From the NCBI GenBank assembly GCA_963726255.1, contig CAVSBL010000002.1, positions 1,540,122 to 1,604,121 on the forward strand: a DNA stretch of 64,000 nt, written 5' to 3'. The position numbers and the translations under genes were made by a program. This DNA is from Candidatus Bathyarchaeota archaeon (GTDB taxonomy: Archaea; Thermoproteota; Bathyarchaeia; 40CM-2-53-6). Below are positions 43,978 to 53,113 of the stretch, piece after piece; position 1 is the stretch's first letter; each line of letters starts with the position of its first letter. Below the pieces are notes generated by a model. The model searched no databases and had not been told where the DNA came from. It saw only the letters and a program-made list of their open reading frames with translations.

Positions 43978-44292
43978 TTATTTTCTTCTGAGCAACACGT
44001 CAGTGCGCTCGACGCGAACATCAAATGGCACTTCGTCCTTCACAGGGGGAGGTCCGACGACCTTTCCTGTGGTGGCATCAAACTGGCCTCCATGCCATGG
44101 GCAGGTGACCGTACTCCCTTCAAGCTCCCCCTCATCAAGCGGTCCACCCCTATGCGTGCAGGCATTTGTCATTGCATAGAGCTTGCCGCCAACATTCGCC
44201 ATAAGGACATCCTCACCTCCAAAAACAACCTTCTTCAACGAACCAGTTGGGAAATCGTCCACTCGGCCTACCTTCACGTACCCTTCGCTCAT
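43978..44292 (-). CDS. Rieske [2Fe-2S] ferredoxin-like protein
   Basis: CTHRGGPL ... CPWHGGQF Rieske ligand boxes. Confidence 0.85.
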   Translation of the reverse strand: MSEGYVKVGRVDDFPTGSLKKVVFGGEDVLMANVGGKLYAMTNACTHRGGPLDEGELEGSTVTCPWHGGQFDATTGKVVGPPPVKDEVPFDVRVERTDVLLRRK

Positions 44293-44339
44293 TTCGTTTC
44301 AACTACACGACGCTATGTTCAACTAGCTTTATGAATTGA

Positions 44340-44365
44340 ACGCGCGCAAACCTATATTCGCGCGT
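44340..44365. promoter_or_regulatory. TATA box flanked by a 7-bp perfect inverted repeat
   Basis: ACGCGCG-CAAACCTATATT-CGCGCGT in the divergent Rieske/priS intergenic region. Confidence 0.4.
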
Positions 44366-44411
44366 CCCATTCCCAAGTTAAAAGCGCCGAATATTCGATT
44401 TCGATATAGAA

Positions 44412-45266
44412 ATGGGGAAAAGCAGTCTGCCACCCGAAACCCAAACTCAACGTTTCGAATTCTTAAAACGGAAATTTCAGGAGTATTACAAATCCGCCAG
44501 ATCTTCCCTCAAACCGCCACCGGAGATGGCTGAACGCGAATTCGGGTTCCTGCTTTTCCCGCAAAGAATAATGTTGCGACACAAGGCCTTTCACGACTTT
44601 GGTACCTTCACTGATTCGCTCATATCACTGGCTCCTTCAGATGTTTACTATTCCACGGCGTACTACGCACACCCCGACCTCGAGATGGACCAAAAGGGTT
44701 GGAAGGGCTCGGATGTTGTCTTCGATGTTGACGCAGATCACATAGACACCCCATGCAAAGAAACACATGACATGTGGGTATGCAGCAAGTGCAAGGAGAC
44801 GCGGAGAGGAAAGAAGCCAACAAAATGTCCCAAGTGTGGCGCGGAGAAAATAGATGAAAAACCTTGGCTTTGCGTCCGATGCCTGATCGCAGCAAAAGAG
44901 GAAGTCCTAAAACTAATCGAATTCCTCTCAGAAGACTTCGGAATAAAATCTAATCAGATGCACTTGTTCTTCTCCGGTCACAGAGGATATCACCTTCACA
45001 TCATCTCCGACAATTTGAAAATACTGGACGACATGCAAAGGAAGGAGATAGTTGACTACGTCCTAGCCTTGGGACTGGATCCGGCCGAGCAAGGCCTGTA
45101 TCAAGACCTCTTAGAGAATAGGCATCCAATTGTCATTGGGCCAGACCTGACTGACCCAGGGTGGCGCGGCAGGCTTGCCCGTGGAGTATATCAAATCCTA
45201 ACGGAATGGGATAAACAACGGTTGGTTGAGCTCGGATTCACTGCGGTGCTGCCAATCAAATTCTGA
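44412..45266 (+). CDS. priS: DNA primase small subunit PriS, N-terminal/catalytic part (gene interrupted by frameshift)
   Basis: DVVFDVDADH (DxD), Zn-binding CSKCK...CPKCG, FSGHRGYHLHI. Ends at TGA 45264-45266 while PriS homology continues in another frame. Confidence 0.8.
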   Translation: MGKSSLPPETQTQRFEFLKRKFQEYYKSARSSLKPPPEMAEREFGFLLFPQRIMLRHKAFHDFGTFTDSLISLAPSDVYYSTAYYAHPDLEMDQKGWKGSDVVFDVDADHIDTPCKETHDMWVCSKCKETRRGKKPTKCPKCGAEKIDEKPWLCVRCLIAAKEEVLKLIEFLSEDFGIKSNQMHLFFSGHRGYHLHIISDNLKILDDMQRKEIVDYVLALGLDPAEQGLYQDLLENRHPIVIGPDLTDPGWRGRLARGVYQILTEWDKQRLVELGFTAVLPIKF

Positions 45267-45304
45267 ACGACCGTGACGCAATTAAGAAAGAGTGGTCGAA
45301 AAAA

Positions 45305-45694
45305 ATGCTTTGGAGCTCCTTTCAAGACAAGTGGCACATAAATGAGAAAGTCTGGAGGAACATCGTTGAGAAAGCGATGAGCCTCGTCGCCCTACCAGCC
45401 CAAATCGATACAGTTGTGACCACAGACATACACAGATTGATCCGTATGCCAGAAACCCTCAACGGCAAGACAGGGTTCAAGGCTTCCGAAGTTGAGATCG
45501 GGCGCCTCGAAGAATTCGATCCATTCTATGAACCTGTAGTCTTCGAAGGAGTCCAGAACGTTCAGGTCACAGAAGCACCTGAACTCAGATTACGCGACCA
45601 GAACTATGGGCCATTCGCCGACGAGAAAGTTGAGTTACCTCTCGCAGCAGCAATCTTACTCATAGCTAAGGGCGTTGCATCCCCGGTGAACTAA
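45305..45694 (+). CDS. priS: DNA primase small subunit PriS, C-terminal part (frame open from 45230)
   Basis: DIHRLIRMPETLNGKTGF (PriS motif III). The frame is -1 relative to the N-terminal part. Confidence 0.75.
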   Translation: MLWSSFQDKWHINEKVWRNIVEKAMSLVALPAQIDTVVTTDIHRLIRMPETLNGKTGFKASEVEIGRLEEFDPFYEPVVFEGVQNVQVTEAPELRLRDQNYGPFADEKVELPLAAAILLIAKGVASPVN

Positions 45695-45696
45695 TC

Positions 45697-46284
45697 GTGT
45701 ACAACGACCTCTACAAGGCTTGGAAGGCAGAAAAGACATCCGAGAAACCACAGCCACTTCCCAGCGACTTCTATCGAAGGGCCGCTGGCTACCTAAAGGG
45801 ACTGGAAGACGATTCAGCTGCAGGTGATACACGCACAATCCAAGGCCGCCTACTTGTTGACGAGAAAGAAATCGCGCGACGCCTCCTTGAAGAAATCAAG
45901 CAAACGAGGCTGCAAAAAATTGTGAACTCAGCGCGAGAGGGCAGCGTAATCAACGCGGATGGCTTAACGGAAGAAGAGAGAGAGCTCGTGGGACGGTTCA
46001 ATGAATCCATTTCAACTTACAAGGAACATGAAGCGGCAAAACCGGCAGTTGGTTCGCCTAGCGGCCCGATGGAGCTATCGGTCGTAAGGTTTCTAGATAA
46101 CGTTCCCGAAATTGTCGGAGTTGATTTGAAAATATACGGCCCGTATAAGAAAGAAGACGTCGGTTCTCTTCCAAACCAAAACGCCCGGGCACTAATCAAG
46201 CAAGGCCTAGCGAAGGAAATTGATGTCAAACGCGTTCCTAATCTTCGCCCAGAAAAGTTGGCCGAACAACTCCATCAACAATAA
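45697..46284 (+). CDS. GINS complex subunit (Gins51/Gins15-type)
   Basis: LPSDFYRRAAGYL A-domain, B-domain VRFLDNVPEIVGVDLKIYGPYKKEDVGSLP. Located directly after priS, as reported for archaeal gins15. Confidence 0.65.
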   Translation: MYNDLYKAWKAEKTSEKPQPLPSDFYRRAAGYLKGLEDDSAAGDTRTIQGRLLVDEKEIARRLLEEIKQTRLQKIVNSAREGSVINADGLTEEERELVGRFNESISTYKEHEAAKPAVGSPSGPMELSVVRFLDNVPEIVGVDLKIYGPYKKEDVGSLPNQNARALIKQGLAKEIDVKRVPNLRPEKLAEQLHQQ

Positions 46285-46326
46285 ATAGAGCACGCAAGGC
46301 TACGTAGCGAAGTCAGGCTGATCAGT

Positions 46327-46602
46327 ATGAAAGCCCCAAAACAGATTCGAACCTACTGTCCGAAATGCAAATCACATACTGATCATCAGGTATCAATCTA
46401 CAAGAAGAGTAAAGAACGTGCGATGTCTGACGGGGCACGGCGGCAAGCACGAAGGAAACATGGCTATGGCGGACAGAAGTTCCCGGAGCTGAAGCGCACC
46501 GCAAAGACAACCAAGAAGCAGCTTCTCAGGCTCAGTTGCAGAACCTGCAACTCCGAGGTTTACCGATTCGGAATTAGGCTTCGAAAACTCGAAATCACCT
46601 AA
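46327..46602 (+). CDS. rpl44e: 50S ribosomal protein L44e (eL42)
   Basis: TYCPKCKSHTDHQV...RKHGYGGQ...LRLSCRTC. Confidence 0.9.
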   Translation: MKAPKQIRTYCPKCKSHTDHQVSIYKKSKERAMSDGARRQARRKHGYGGQKFPELKRTAKTTKKQLLRLSCRTCNSEVYRFGIRLRKLEIT

Positions 46603-46721
46603 AGGACCAGCCGCCAGGTCAGTGCAAGACTAGGTTCTGGCGCCGAAGGCGAGGCCATAACACTTATGTTACCTGCTTTCTTTTCCCTCGTCCTTCACAA
46701 GAGCCTAGAGTGAGAGCGAGT

Positions 46722-46916
46722 ATGGTCAAGGGAGAACTAATTCCGAAGCCGGAAAGCAACTTCGTCAGAATCAAATGTGCCAAATGCGGAAACGAGCAAG
46801 TAATATTCGATAGGCCTTCAATCCCCCCGCGATGTTCAGTTTGCGAAGAGGTCTTGGCTGAACCAACTGGTGGAAAAGCGAAAATCAAATCGGAAGTTGT
46901 ACAGATCCTCGGATAG
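46722..46916 (+). CDS. rps27e: 30S ribosomal protein S27e
   Basis: LIPKPESNFVRIKCAKCGNEQVIFD...CSVC zinc ribbon. ATG 46722 lies within track ORF 46710..46916. Confidence 0.9.
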   Translation: MVKGELIPKPESNFVRIKCAKCGNEQVIFDRPSIPPRCSVCEEVLAEPTGGKAKIKSEVVQILG

Positions 46917-46925
46917 GGCAATTAA

Positions 46926-47708
46926 ATGTCAGTTACGCCACGATACCCAGAGGTCGGCGACCTAGTAGTAGCAAGTGTAACGAGGGTTGTGGATTACGGC
47001 GCGTACGTCAAGCTTGACGAGTATGACGGCGTAGAAGGCCTAATTCACATTTCGGAAATCGCAAGCACGTATGTGAAGAATATTCGGGTTCATGTTAGGG
47101 AAGGACAGAAACTCGTCCTGAAGGTTCTGCGGGTTAGCCCACAACGTGCCCAAGTCGACCTCTCGCTTCGCAGGGTGACCGGGCGAGAAAAGTCCGAGAA
47201 GATGCTCGAATGGAAGAAAGTCAAAAAGGCTGATTCAATAATCAAAGGCGCCGCCGAGAGGTTGCAGGTCGGCGAAGAAGACGTGTCCAAAGTCAGGTCG
47301 ATCATCTACGAAAAATTCGACAACCCCTTCGATGCGTTCGAAGAGGCTACGGATGAAGGCGAGGAAATATTCACTAAACTTGGTATAAGCGAAGATTGGG
47401 CTAAGGCACTCACAGAGGTGGCCCGGAGCAAGATTAGATTAGAGAAGGCAAAAGTCACTGGAACCGTAGAGCTGACTTGCGCCAAGACAGAAGGCGTGGA
47501 GGCAATTCGTCAAGCTCTGCGTGGGGCGAAGAAGGTTAAGAAATCCCGCGGAACCACCATCAATATCTACACCATCGGATCGCCGCGTTACAGGCTTGAG
47601 GTTAGGAGCAAGGAGATTACAGACGCCCAGGCGACGCTAAACCTAGCGATTGAAGAGGCGTTGAACGCCATCAAAGGACTCGGCGGCGAAGGGCGCAAAC
47701 TGAGTTGA
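46926..47708 (+). CDS. eif2a: Translation initiation factor 2 subunit alpha (aIF2alpha)
   Basis: S1 domain GDLVVASVTRVVDYGAYVKLDEYDGVEGLIHISEIAS followed by helical and alpha-beta domains. Confidence 0.9.
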   Translation: MSVTPRYPEVGDLVVASVTRVVDYGAYVKLDEYDGVEGLIHISEIASTYVKNIRVHVREGQKLVLKVLRVSPQRAQVDLSLRRVTGREKSEKMLEWKKVKKADSIIKGAAERLQVGEEDVSKVRSIIYEKFDNPFDAFEEATDEGEEIFTKLGISEDWAKALTEVARSKIRLEKAKVTGTVELTCAKTEGVEAIRQALRGAKKVKKSRGTTINIYTIGSPRYRLEVRSKEITDAQATLNLAIEEALNAIKGLGGEGRKLS

Positions 47709-47857
47709 AGTGGCTGCTAAGAAAGTGTGCAAACTGCAAGACTTACACGTTGAAACAAACCTGCCCGAAATGTGGAACCTCAACCGTTACACCACATCCA
47801 TCAAAGTTTTCCCCGCATGACAAATATGCCCGGCTACGTCAGCCGGAGAAAAACTGA
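47705..47857 (+). CDS. nop10: H/ACA RNP protein Nop10 (below ORF-track cutoff)
   Basis: TTG overlapping the eif2a TGA (TTGA). Translation MKWLLRKCANCKTYTLKQTCPKCGTSTVTPHPSKFSPHDKYARLRQPEKN matches the Nop10 zinc ribbon and PxFSPxD motif. Conserved rpl44e-rps27e-eif2a-nop10 order. Confidence 0.85.
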   Translation: MKWLLRKCANCKTYTLKQTCPKCGTSTVTPHPSKFSPHDKYARLRQPEKN

Positions 47858-47886
47858 ACGCTGAAGTGGCTGCAAGCAAACTCTGG

Positions 47887-48876
47887 TTAAGGCTTATTCA
47901 AGGTGACGACCGCTCTGGCTGGGTTGTGATCATTGTCTCCCGGCCAAGTGGCGGTTAGCATGAAGCTCCCAGATACGCTAACTGTCCAAGTGAAGTTCAT
48001 TGTTGTGGAGTTCATGATTAAACTCCCAATCGGTACGAAGGTCTTGTTGTCGAGGCTGTATGATACGGTAACGTTGGCTCCAGTGACGAACGGTGTCATT
48101 TGAACCGTCACCGTTACGTTCGACCCTACGGGCACTGAACTGGTTGATGTTGAGATACTTAGGGCGACGTTCGCCACCGTTACGGAAACTTGTTGGGGCG
48201 CCGTTGAGGTCTCTGAGTACGGCCCTTGCGCACCTAGGTAGTGGGCTCGGACTAGGACGTTTCCAACGTCAGGTGTCCAAGCGTAACTATACGTCCCGTT
48301 TGAAGATACAGGGACCGATCTTATTGGCAACCAAGATTGGCCGCTGTCATCGGAATATTCCAAATTCACTTGTGGGTTACTGATTGTCAGTGGCTTTCCA
48401 GAGGTATCCGTGAGGTTTCCGGCAAAGATCACTTGATCTCCGTATGTTAGCTGGCTTTTGACTGGCTTAAGGGTTAGGAGAGCCGGTTTTCCAATTTTGA
48501 CTTGGTACAAGAATACGAAGTTGTTCGAGGAAGAGAAAACACGCGTAAGGTATGGAGAAGGCTGCTCAGTGCCTGACGTTGTCGAGAAAGCCATCATGTA
48601 ACCGAGCATGGTGTGGTCGTTAAGCCGGTTATTTGTGGCGATCGTGTCGTTACTCACAATCTTCCCCTTCGAGTCCATTAACACCTGAGTGTAACTTGCA
48701 CTGGTACTACCAGTAGAAGTGCCGGTAAGGGTTTCCTGGTAGATGACCTTGTAGTTCTGCCACATTGTGTTGTTTCCGATGCGTGCCATCCAGTACCATT
48801 TCCCATCCTCGCCGAATCCCTGGTAACCTCCCGAAGTGCCCCCTGACGGGGTGATGAAGAATGCCACGTATGACAC
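47887..48876 (-). CDS. aglB: Oligosaccharyltransferase AglB/STT3, C-terminal part (gene interrupted by frameshift)
   Basis: Begins (RYN)VSYVAFFITPSGG...GEDGKWYWMARI (DK/MI-type motif region), then beta-rich Ig-like domains. Its frame differs from the N-terminal part. Confidence 0.75.
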   Translation of the reverse strand: MSYVAFFITPSGGTSGGYQGFGEDGKWYWMARIGNNTMWQNYKVIYQETLTGTSTGSTSASYTQVLMDSKGKIVSNDTIATNNRLNDHTMLGYMMAFSTTSGTEQPSPYLTRVFSSSNNFVFLYQVKIGKPALLTLKPVKSQLTYGDQVIFAGNLTDTSGKPLTISNPQVNLEYSDDSGQSWLPIRSVPVSSNGTYSYAWTPDVGNVLVRAHYLGAQGPYSETSTAPQQVSVTVANVALSISTSTSSVPVGSNVTVTVQMTPFVTGANVTVSYSLDNKTFVPIGSLIMNSTTMNFTWTVSVSGSFMLTATWPGDNDHNPARAVVTLNKP

Positions 48877-50660
48877 GTTGTAGCGGCGAGGTTAGGGATT
48901 GCCAGGGTCATATTGTCGAGGAAGGTTTGAGCTATCATAGCTATCTGCGTGGAGTTCTGGGTACCGTTATCTGCAAGGGTCCGCCGTTCGCCCAATGCGG
49001 TTATCCAGTATCCGTAGTCCCACCAAGCGAAGATAACCGATCCCGGAGCTGTATTCTGCCGCATCCACGAGAGCGCCTCAAGCCAATCCGAATACTTCAA
49101 CTCCTGCCCTGATGGTGGAGCCGTGGGAATACTCGAAGTGACGATTGTTGCGGGTTGGTATGATCCGCGCACCGCAGTCCAGAACGTTGGGATTATCGCT
49201 ATGAGAAGGATTAGGAAGATGGCGACGCCGAACTCTCGGCCTACTCTACTTATCACCCGAGTTTTATGTTTCGGATATATCACCGCCTCGCGCACAATGT
49301 CAACTGCGGGTTTGCCGAGTTCCACCGTGCCGATGGCCGCTAAGAGGCAGAAGGCTGGAGCAAGGAGCAACGTCAGACGGACGAAGGATGCTGCAAAATA
49401 GACAGCGGTTACTCCCCAGAGAAGGACGAAGATATCATCGTCTCTAGACCTTTGCAATATGAAAATGAACCCGAACAAAATCAGAAAAATAAGGGCTCCA
49501 AACTCGTAGTAGAATGAGCCCCATGTTGCCGGCTGGTGTTCAGCAACACTCTGAATGATTGGAACGTCACCACGTATGAACGGATTTATTACCGCATAGA
49601 ATTTGCCGTAGGGTAGAGAGACGATGTGCAAATAGGAAAGGCCGCTCACCACGAGTATGGTTCCAAGTACCACGGTCGCCAACGTGTAAATCTGATGCTT
49701 CCTGTTCGTGATATATGTGGACGCCTCGCGAACGAGCAGAATGACCTCCCCAACAGGGATTACAAGCCAAGTAAAGTCACTGAGGGAGGCCAAACCCAAC
49801 TTGGGAACCAAGAAGGGTGTAAAGAGCAAGAATATTCCCATAGCAACTGAATAGCTTATGAAGAATTTTTTCGAAGAACGCCCCAGAATCCCCAAGACCA
49901 TCGCGTACAAAACCAACAAGTCGAGCGGGAAGTATGCCGCTGCCCATGAGGCAGCCAAGTAGAAGAGCAAAAAGCCAGTCAAGCCAGCATATATCAGCGT
50001 CCTGCGAGTCGAGGAGTTAGGCAGAGTCGACCTCCTGAAGAATAGGAAAATCAGAATCATCAGCAGAATGCCAAGCGGCTCATGACGAAGGAAGCCAAGT
50101 TGGGTTCGGCCAATACTACTTGGGTTCAAAGCCAAAAACAGGGCAGTGAATAACCCAGCGCCCTTTCCCCAGAAATCTTTCCCAAGAAAGTAAGCAGCCA
50201 GAACGGTAATGGTTCCTGCGACTACGGGGAAAATTACTGCCACTACAAACACGGATGCGTTTACGCCCACATCGTGCAAGAACATTGTAATAGCCGCTAT
50301 CACGAAGGCTGTGCCGTACAGATTCCACGTCGGCATATCCGCACCGTATGGATACCAACTCATCGTATCATGCCAACTAAACCAAGCCAGGAACCCGTGA
50401 TCGACTACATACTGCGCCATACGCCATTGCAAGTATGGATCAAATTCGTTGAGGAAGAAGCCCCAGCGAATCGGCATTATGCGGACTGCTAGTGCCAAGA
50501 GGACAATCAAAGCAATTACAATTGCTTCGATGACTGTTCCCCTAGAAATGCCGGAGAGAACTTTGCGGGTTCCTTCGACCCGGCCGGCAAGAGTCTCGCG
50601 GTTAATGTATTTCCCCAAGAAGCCACGGAGCTTCCTGAGCGCTTGCCGGGTTGCTGACAT
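48678..50660 (-). CDS. aglB: Oligosaccharyltransferase AglB/STT3, N-terminal TM and catalytic part (real homology ends near 48880)
   Basis: About 13 TM segments, NEFDPY (DxD-type loop), WWDYGYW motif. The last ~65 codons (TTCHTWHSSSPRQG...) look like out-of-frame read-through. Confidence 0.85.
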   Translation of the reverse strand: MSATRQALRKLRGFLGKYINRETLAGRVEGTRKVLSGISRGTVIEAIVIALIVLLALAVRIMPIRWGFFLNEFDPYLQWRMAQYVVDHGFLAWFSWHDTMSWYPYGADMPTWNLYGTAFVIAAITMFLHDVGVNASVFVVAVIFPVVAGTITVLAAYFLGKDFWGKGAGLFTALFLALNPSSIGRTQLGFLRHEPLGILLMILIFLFFRRSTLPNSSTRRTLIYAGLTGFLLFYLAASWAAAYFPLDLLVLYAMVLGILGRSSKKFFISYSVAMGIFLLFTPFLVPKLGLASLSDFTWLVIPVGEVILLVREASTYITNRKHQIYTLATVVLGTILVVSGLSYLHIVSLPYGKFYAVINPFIRGDVPIIQSVAEHQPATWGSFYYEFGALIFLILFGFIFILQRSRDDDIFVLLWGVTAVYFAASFVRLTLLLAPAFCLLAAIGTVELGKPAVDIVREAVIYPKHKTRVISRVGREFGVAIFLILLIAIIPTFWTAVRGSYQPATIVTSSIPTAPPSGQELKYSDWLEALSWMRQNTAPGSVIFAWWDYGYWITALGERRTLADNGTQNSTQIAMIAQTFLDNMTLAIPNLAATTCHTWHSSSPRQGALREVTRDSARMGNGTGWHASETTQCGRTTRSSTRKPLPALLLVVPVQVTLRC

Positions 50661-50882
50661 TCGACCGCCTGCAGATTTTTCAGACTACACTTTGTGTGTT
50701 ATAAAAGGTTGGTGAGCTACAACATCAGCTAAACGACGCTGCCCCCAGTTCCTGCAACGGAATTCGATGTTAGACCGTCCTATCACAAGCCCTGCTTGTC
50801 AAATTGACCGCTCCGTACGGTTAAGAAACCAAAGTTCAACTAGCAAAGACCTTTCAGGATTCGGAGCGAATCCGTATCAGTC

Positions 50883-51134
50883 GTGGCTGATAACATGCCC
50901 AGCACATACCTTAGGTGCCCTTCCTGCGGGAAAACAAACACATCGGATGCCAGGTATTGCATTGGTTGCGGGTCAATACTGAATCCAGTTTACTGTTCTT
51001 CTTGCGGGACCAGTAACCCCGATGGCTTGGAGCATTGCCTGGAATGTGGGAACACGCTCCCCACACTAACAGGCGTTAGTTGGAAGCCGATCGTTACTGT
51101 CCTCAGGCCCACTTCAGCAATGGTTAACCTCTGA
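50883..51134 (+). CDS. Double zinc-ribbon domain protein
   Basis: CPSCG...YCIGCG and CSSCG...HCLECG. Confidence 0.65.
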   Translation: MADNMPSTYLRCPSCGKTNTSDARYCIGCGSILNPVYCSSCGTSNPDGLEHCLECGNTLPTLTGVSWKPIVTVLRPTSAMVNL

Positions 51135-51227
51135 AATCGCCGTGGAACCACAGTCCCGCTGAAGAACCCTCCTCTGAGACGTCCTATCGCAAACTATGAG
51201 AACCTTGAGAACACGGGCTGGCACTGC

Positions 51228-52352
51228 CTATCTCCTTCTTGAATAACCATACTTGCTTGGGTCATAGAAGGGCGTTTTGACTATCGTTCCTTCCTCCCGC
51301 CGATCTCGCACCTCAACTCCGACAACCGCGCCTTCGCGGGCAATTTCGCGGCCAACGTATCCCATTGCGATACCCCTGTTCAGAACAGGTGATAGGGTTC
51401 CGCTTGTGACCGTTCCTACAGCTTTCTCCTGATGAATAATGTTGAAACCGTGCCTGGGAATGACACGCCTCTTTGTCACTAGGCCGATGCGTGTTCTCGG
51501 CGTTCCCTTTTCTTTAAGTTCCTGCAACCTTTTCTTGCCGATGAATTCTTTGTGCAGTCTTACGACGAAGCCTAGCTTCGCCTCGAACGGGTTCGTGGTC
51601 TCGTCCATGTCTGTTCCATATAGGCAAAGGCCAGCTTCCAAGCGCAAAAGGTCTCTGGCCCCCAAACCGCATACCTCAAGGCCGTACGGTTTGCCAGCCT
51701 GTAAGATACTATCCCAAACCATTTGTGCCTTTTCAGCTCTACCTACCGGAGAATCCCAGACACATAATTCGAACCCGTCCTCCCCGGTGTAGCCAGTTCT
51801 GGAAACCAAGGCCCGAGCTCCAGCAATTTCAGCCCATGCACATCCGAACCGAGGAAGCTTCTCAAGTTGAATGCTGCTCAATTGCTGCACTACGGAGATC
51901 GCTTTGGGGCCTTGCACAGCGAACATCGCAACATCATCTGACACGTCTTGAATGTCGACGCTTAGGCCTCTGGAAGCGGCCAAAATCCAATCGTAGTCCT
52001 TGGACCGGTTCGCCGCATTGTAGACCATTAGGTGCTCAGCTTCCTGCAACCGGAAGACCAGCACATCATCCTTGATTCCCCCGTCATTGTTGCAGATGAG
52101 AGAATACTGCCCTTGACCGCTGCCGAGGGACGCAACATCATTCGTAGTTACAGCGTCAAGCAATCTCTGCGAATCTTCCCCCCGAATTATTGCACGACCC
52201 ATGTGACTTACATCGAAAATTCCTGCAGCGTTCCTAACAGCCAAAGATTCAGGGATGATTCCTTTGAACCAGAGTGGCAGATTGTAACCTGCGAACTCAG
52301 CCAAATGTCCATTTTGCTCATGGAAACTCTGCAGCTGCACATCTTTGAGCAA
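51228..52352 (-). CDS. gcvT: Glycine cleavage system aminomethyltransferase GcvT
   Basis: GIFDVSHMGR, FAVQGPKA, SRTGYTGEDGFEL, SGTLSP. Confidence 0.9.
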   Translation of the reverse strand: MLKDVQLQSFHEQNGHLAEFAGYNLPLWFKGIIPESLAVRNAAGIFDVSHMGRAIIRGEDSQRLLDAVTTNDVASLGSGQGQYSLICNNDGGIKDDVLVFRLQEAEHLMVYNAANRSKDYDWILAASRGLSVDIQDVSDDVAMFAVQGPKAISVVQQLSSIQLEKLPRFGCAWAEIAGARALVSRTGYTGEDGFELCVWDSPVGRAEKAQMVWDSILQAGKPYGLEVCGLGARDLLRLEAGLCLYGTDMDETTNPFEAKLGFVVRLHKEFIGKKRLQELKEKGTPRTRIGLVTKRRVIPRHGFNIIHQEKAVGTVTSGTLSPVLNRGIAMGYVGREIAREGAVVGVEVRDRREEGTIVKTPFYDPSKYGYSRRR

Positions 52353-52389
52353 GCTATTTCGCTCTTACAGCTGCGGAGTCTTTGTACGG

Positions 52390-52563
52390 CTAGGCCGTTT
52401 CTTCGTAAGGAACAATCTTGACTTTCTCAGTTGCGAAATCCAGTTTCTTCTTGCATTGGGGGCAAATACCATTATGCCTTTGAATGATCTCTGTTGGTGT
52501 TTCAAGTTCAAGCCCATGATAGAGAATTGAGCCACAGGCTTCGCAAATAATCTTCTGAGGCAT
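52390..52563 (-). CDS. Small zinc-ribbon protein
   Basis: MPQKIICEACGS...GICPQCKKK. ATG 52563 lies within track ORF 52390..52575. Sits directly upstream of gcvT. Confidence 0.5.
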   Translation of the reverse strand: MPQKIICEACGSILYHGLELETPTEIIQRHNGICPQCKKKLDFATEKVKIVPYEETA

Positions 52564-52644
52564 AGTCGAACACACTACTCATGGGCACAAGCAAGGCAAC
52601 ATATTTTAGCCTCGTGGTCATTTCACATGCGTGTGTCGTAGAAT

Positions 52645-53103
52645 ATGTTGGAAAACCTTCGAATCAAACTACGCAGACTGCCATGGCGGCTGCAACGAAC
52701 CTTCACAAATCTCAGTTATTCACTAAGAATCTTCAGGTCGCCTACTGCACGAAGGATGAAGCCTTCGACAACAGTTATGGCCATAGCAGTTCTTGTGTTC
52801 GTCGGCTTCATTTTGGCTGGAGGCATCTACGACATAATGGAACGCCCAATCTCGCTGCTCCCATCTCCTACGGGATACTCAGTGGTAATCAAAGGAACCT
52901 TGGGGCAGCAGACCTTGAACGAGAGCTTGATCGCAGCGTTCCTCTACATGCTTGGCCTCGGAGGGCTGTACATGCTGCTGCGGAGTACGCGATTTGCCTA
53001 CAGGCCACGCAATGCCTACCTTCTGCTCATTCTAGGCACTCTTACTGTACTCTTGGTAGTGTTCTATTCGACCGCACTGATTAATACCAAAATCGGCGGC
53101 TGA
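52645..53103 (+). CDS. Three-TM membrane protein, unknown function (ATG 52756 alternative start)
   Basis: Three clear hydrophobic helices after a very basic N-terminal ~37 aa. Confidence 0.55.
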   Translation: MLENLRIKLRRLPWRLQRTFTNLSYSLRIFRSPTARRMKPSTTVMAIAVLVFVGFILAGGIYDIMERPISLLPSPTGYSVVIKGTLGQQTLNESLIAAFLYMLGLGGLYMLLRSTRFAYRPRNAYLLLILGTLTVLLVVFYSTALINTKIGG

Positions 53104-53113
53104 CCGCATTAGG

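Noticed and set aside
45298-45304. A7 homopolymer as the site of the PriS frameshift
   Set aside because: The C-terminal frame is already open from 45230 and reads through the A-run without interruption. The frame switch must lie upstream, in 45230-45266.
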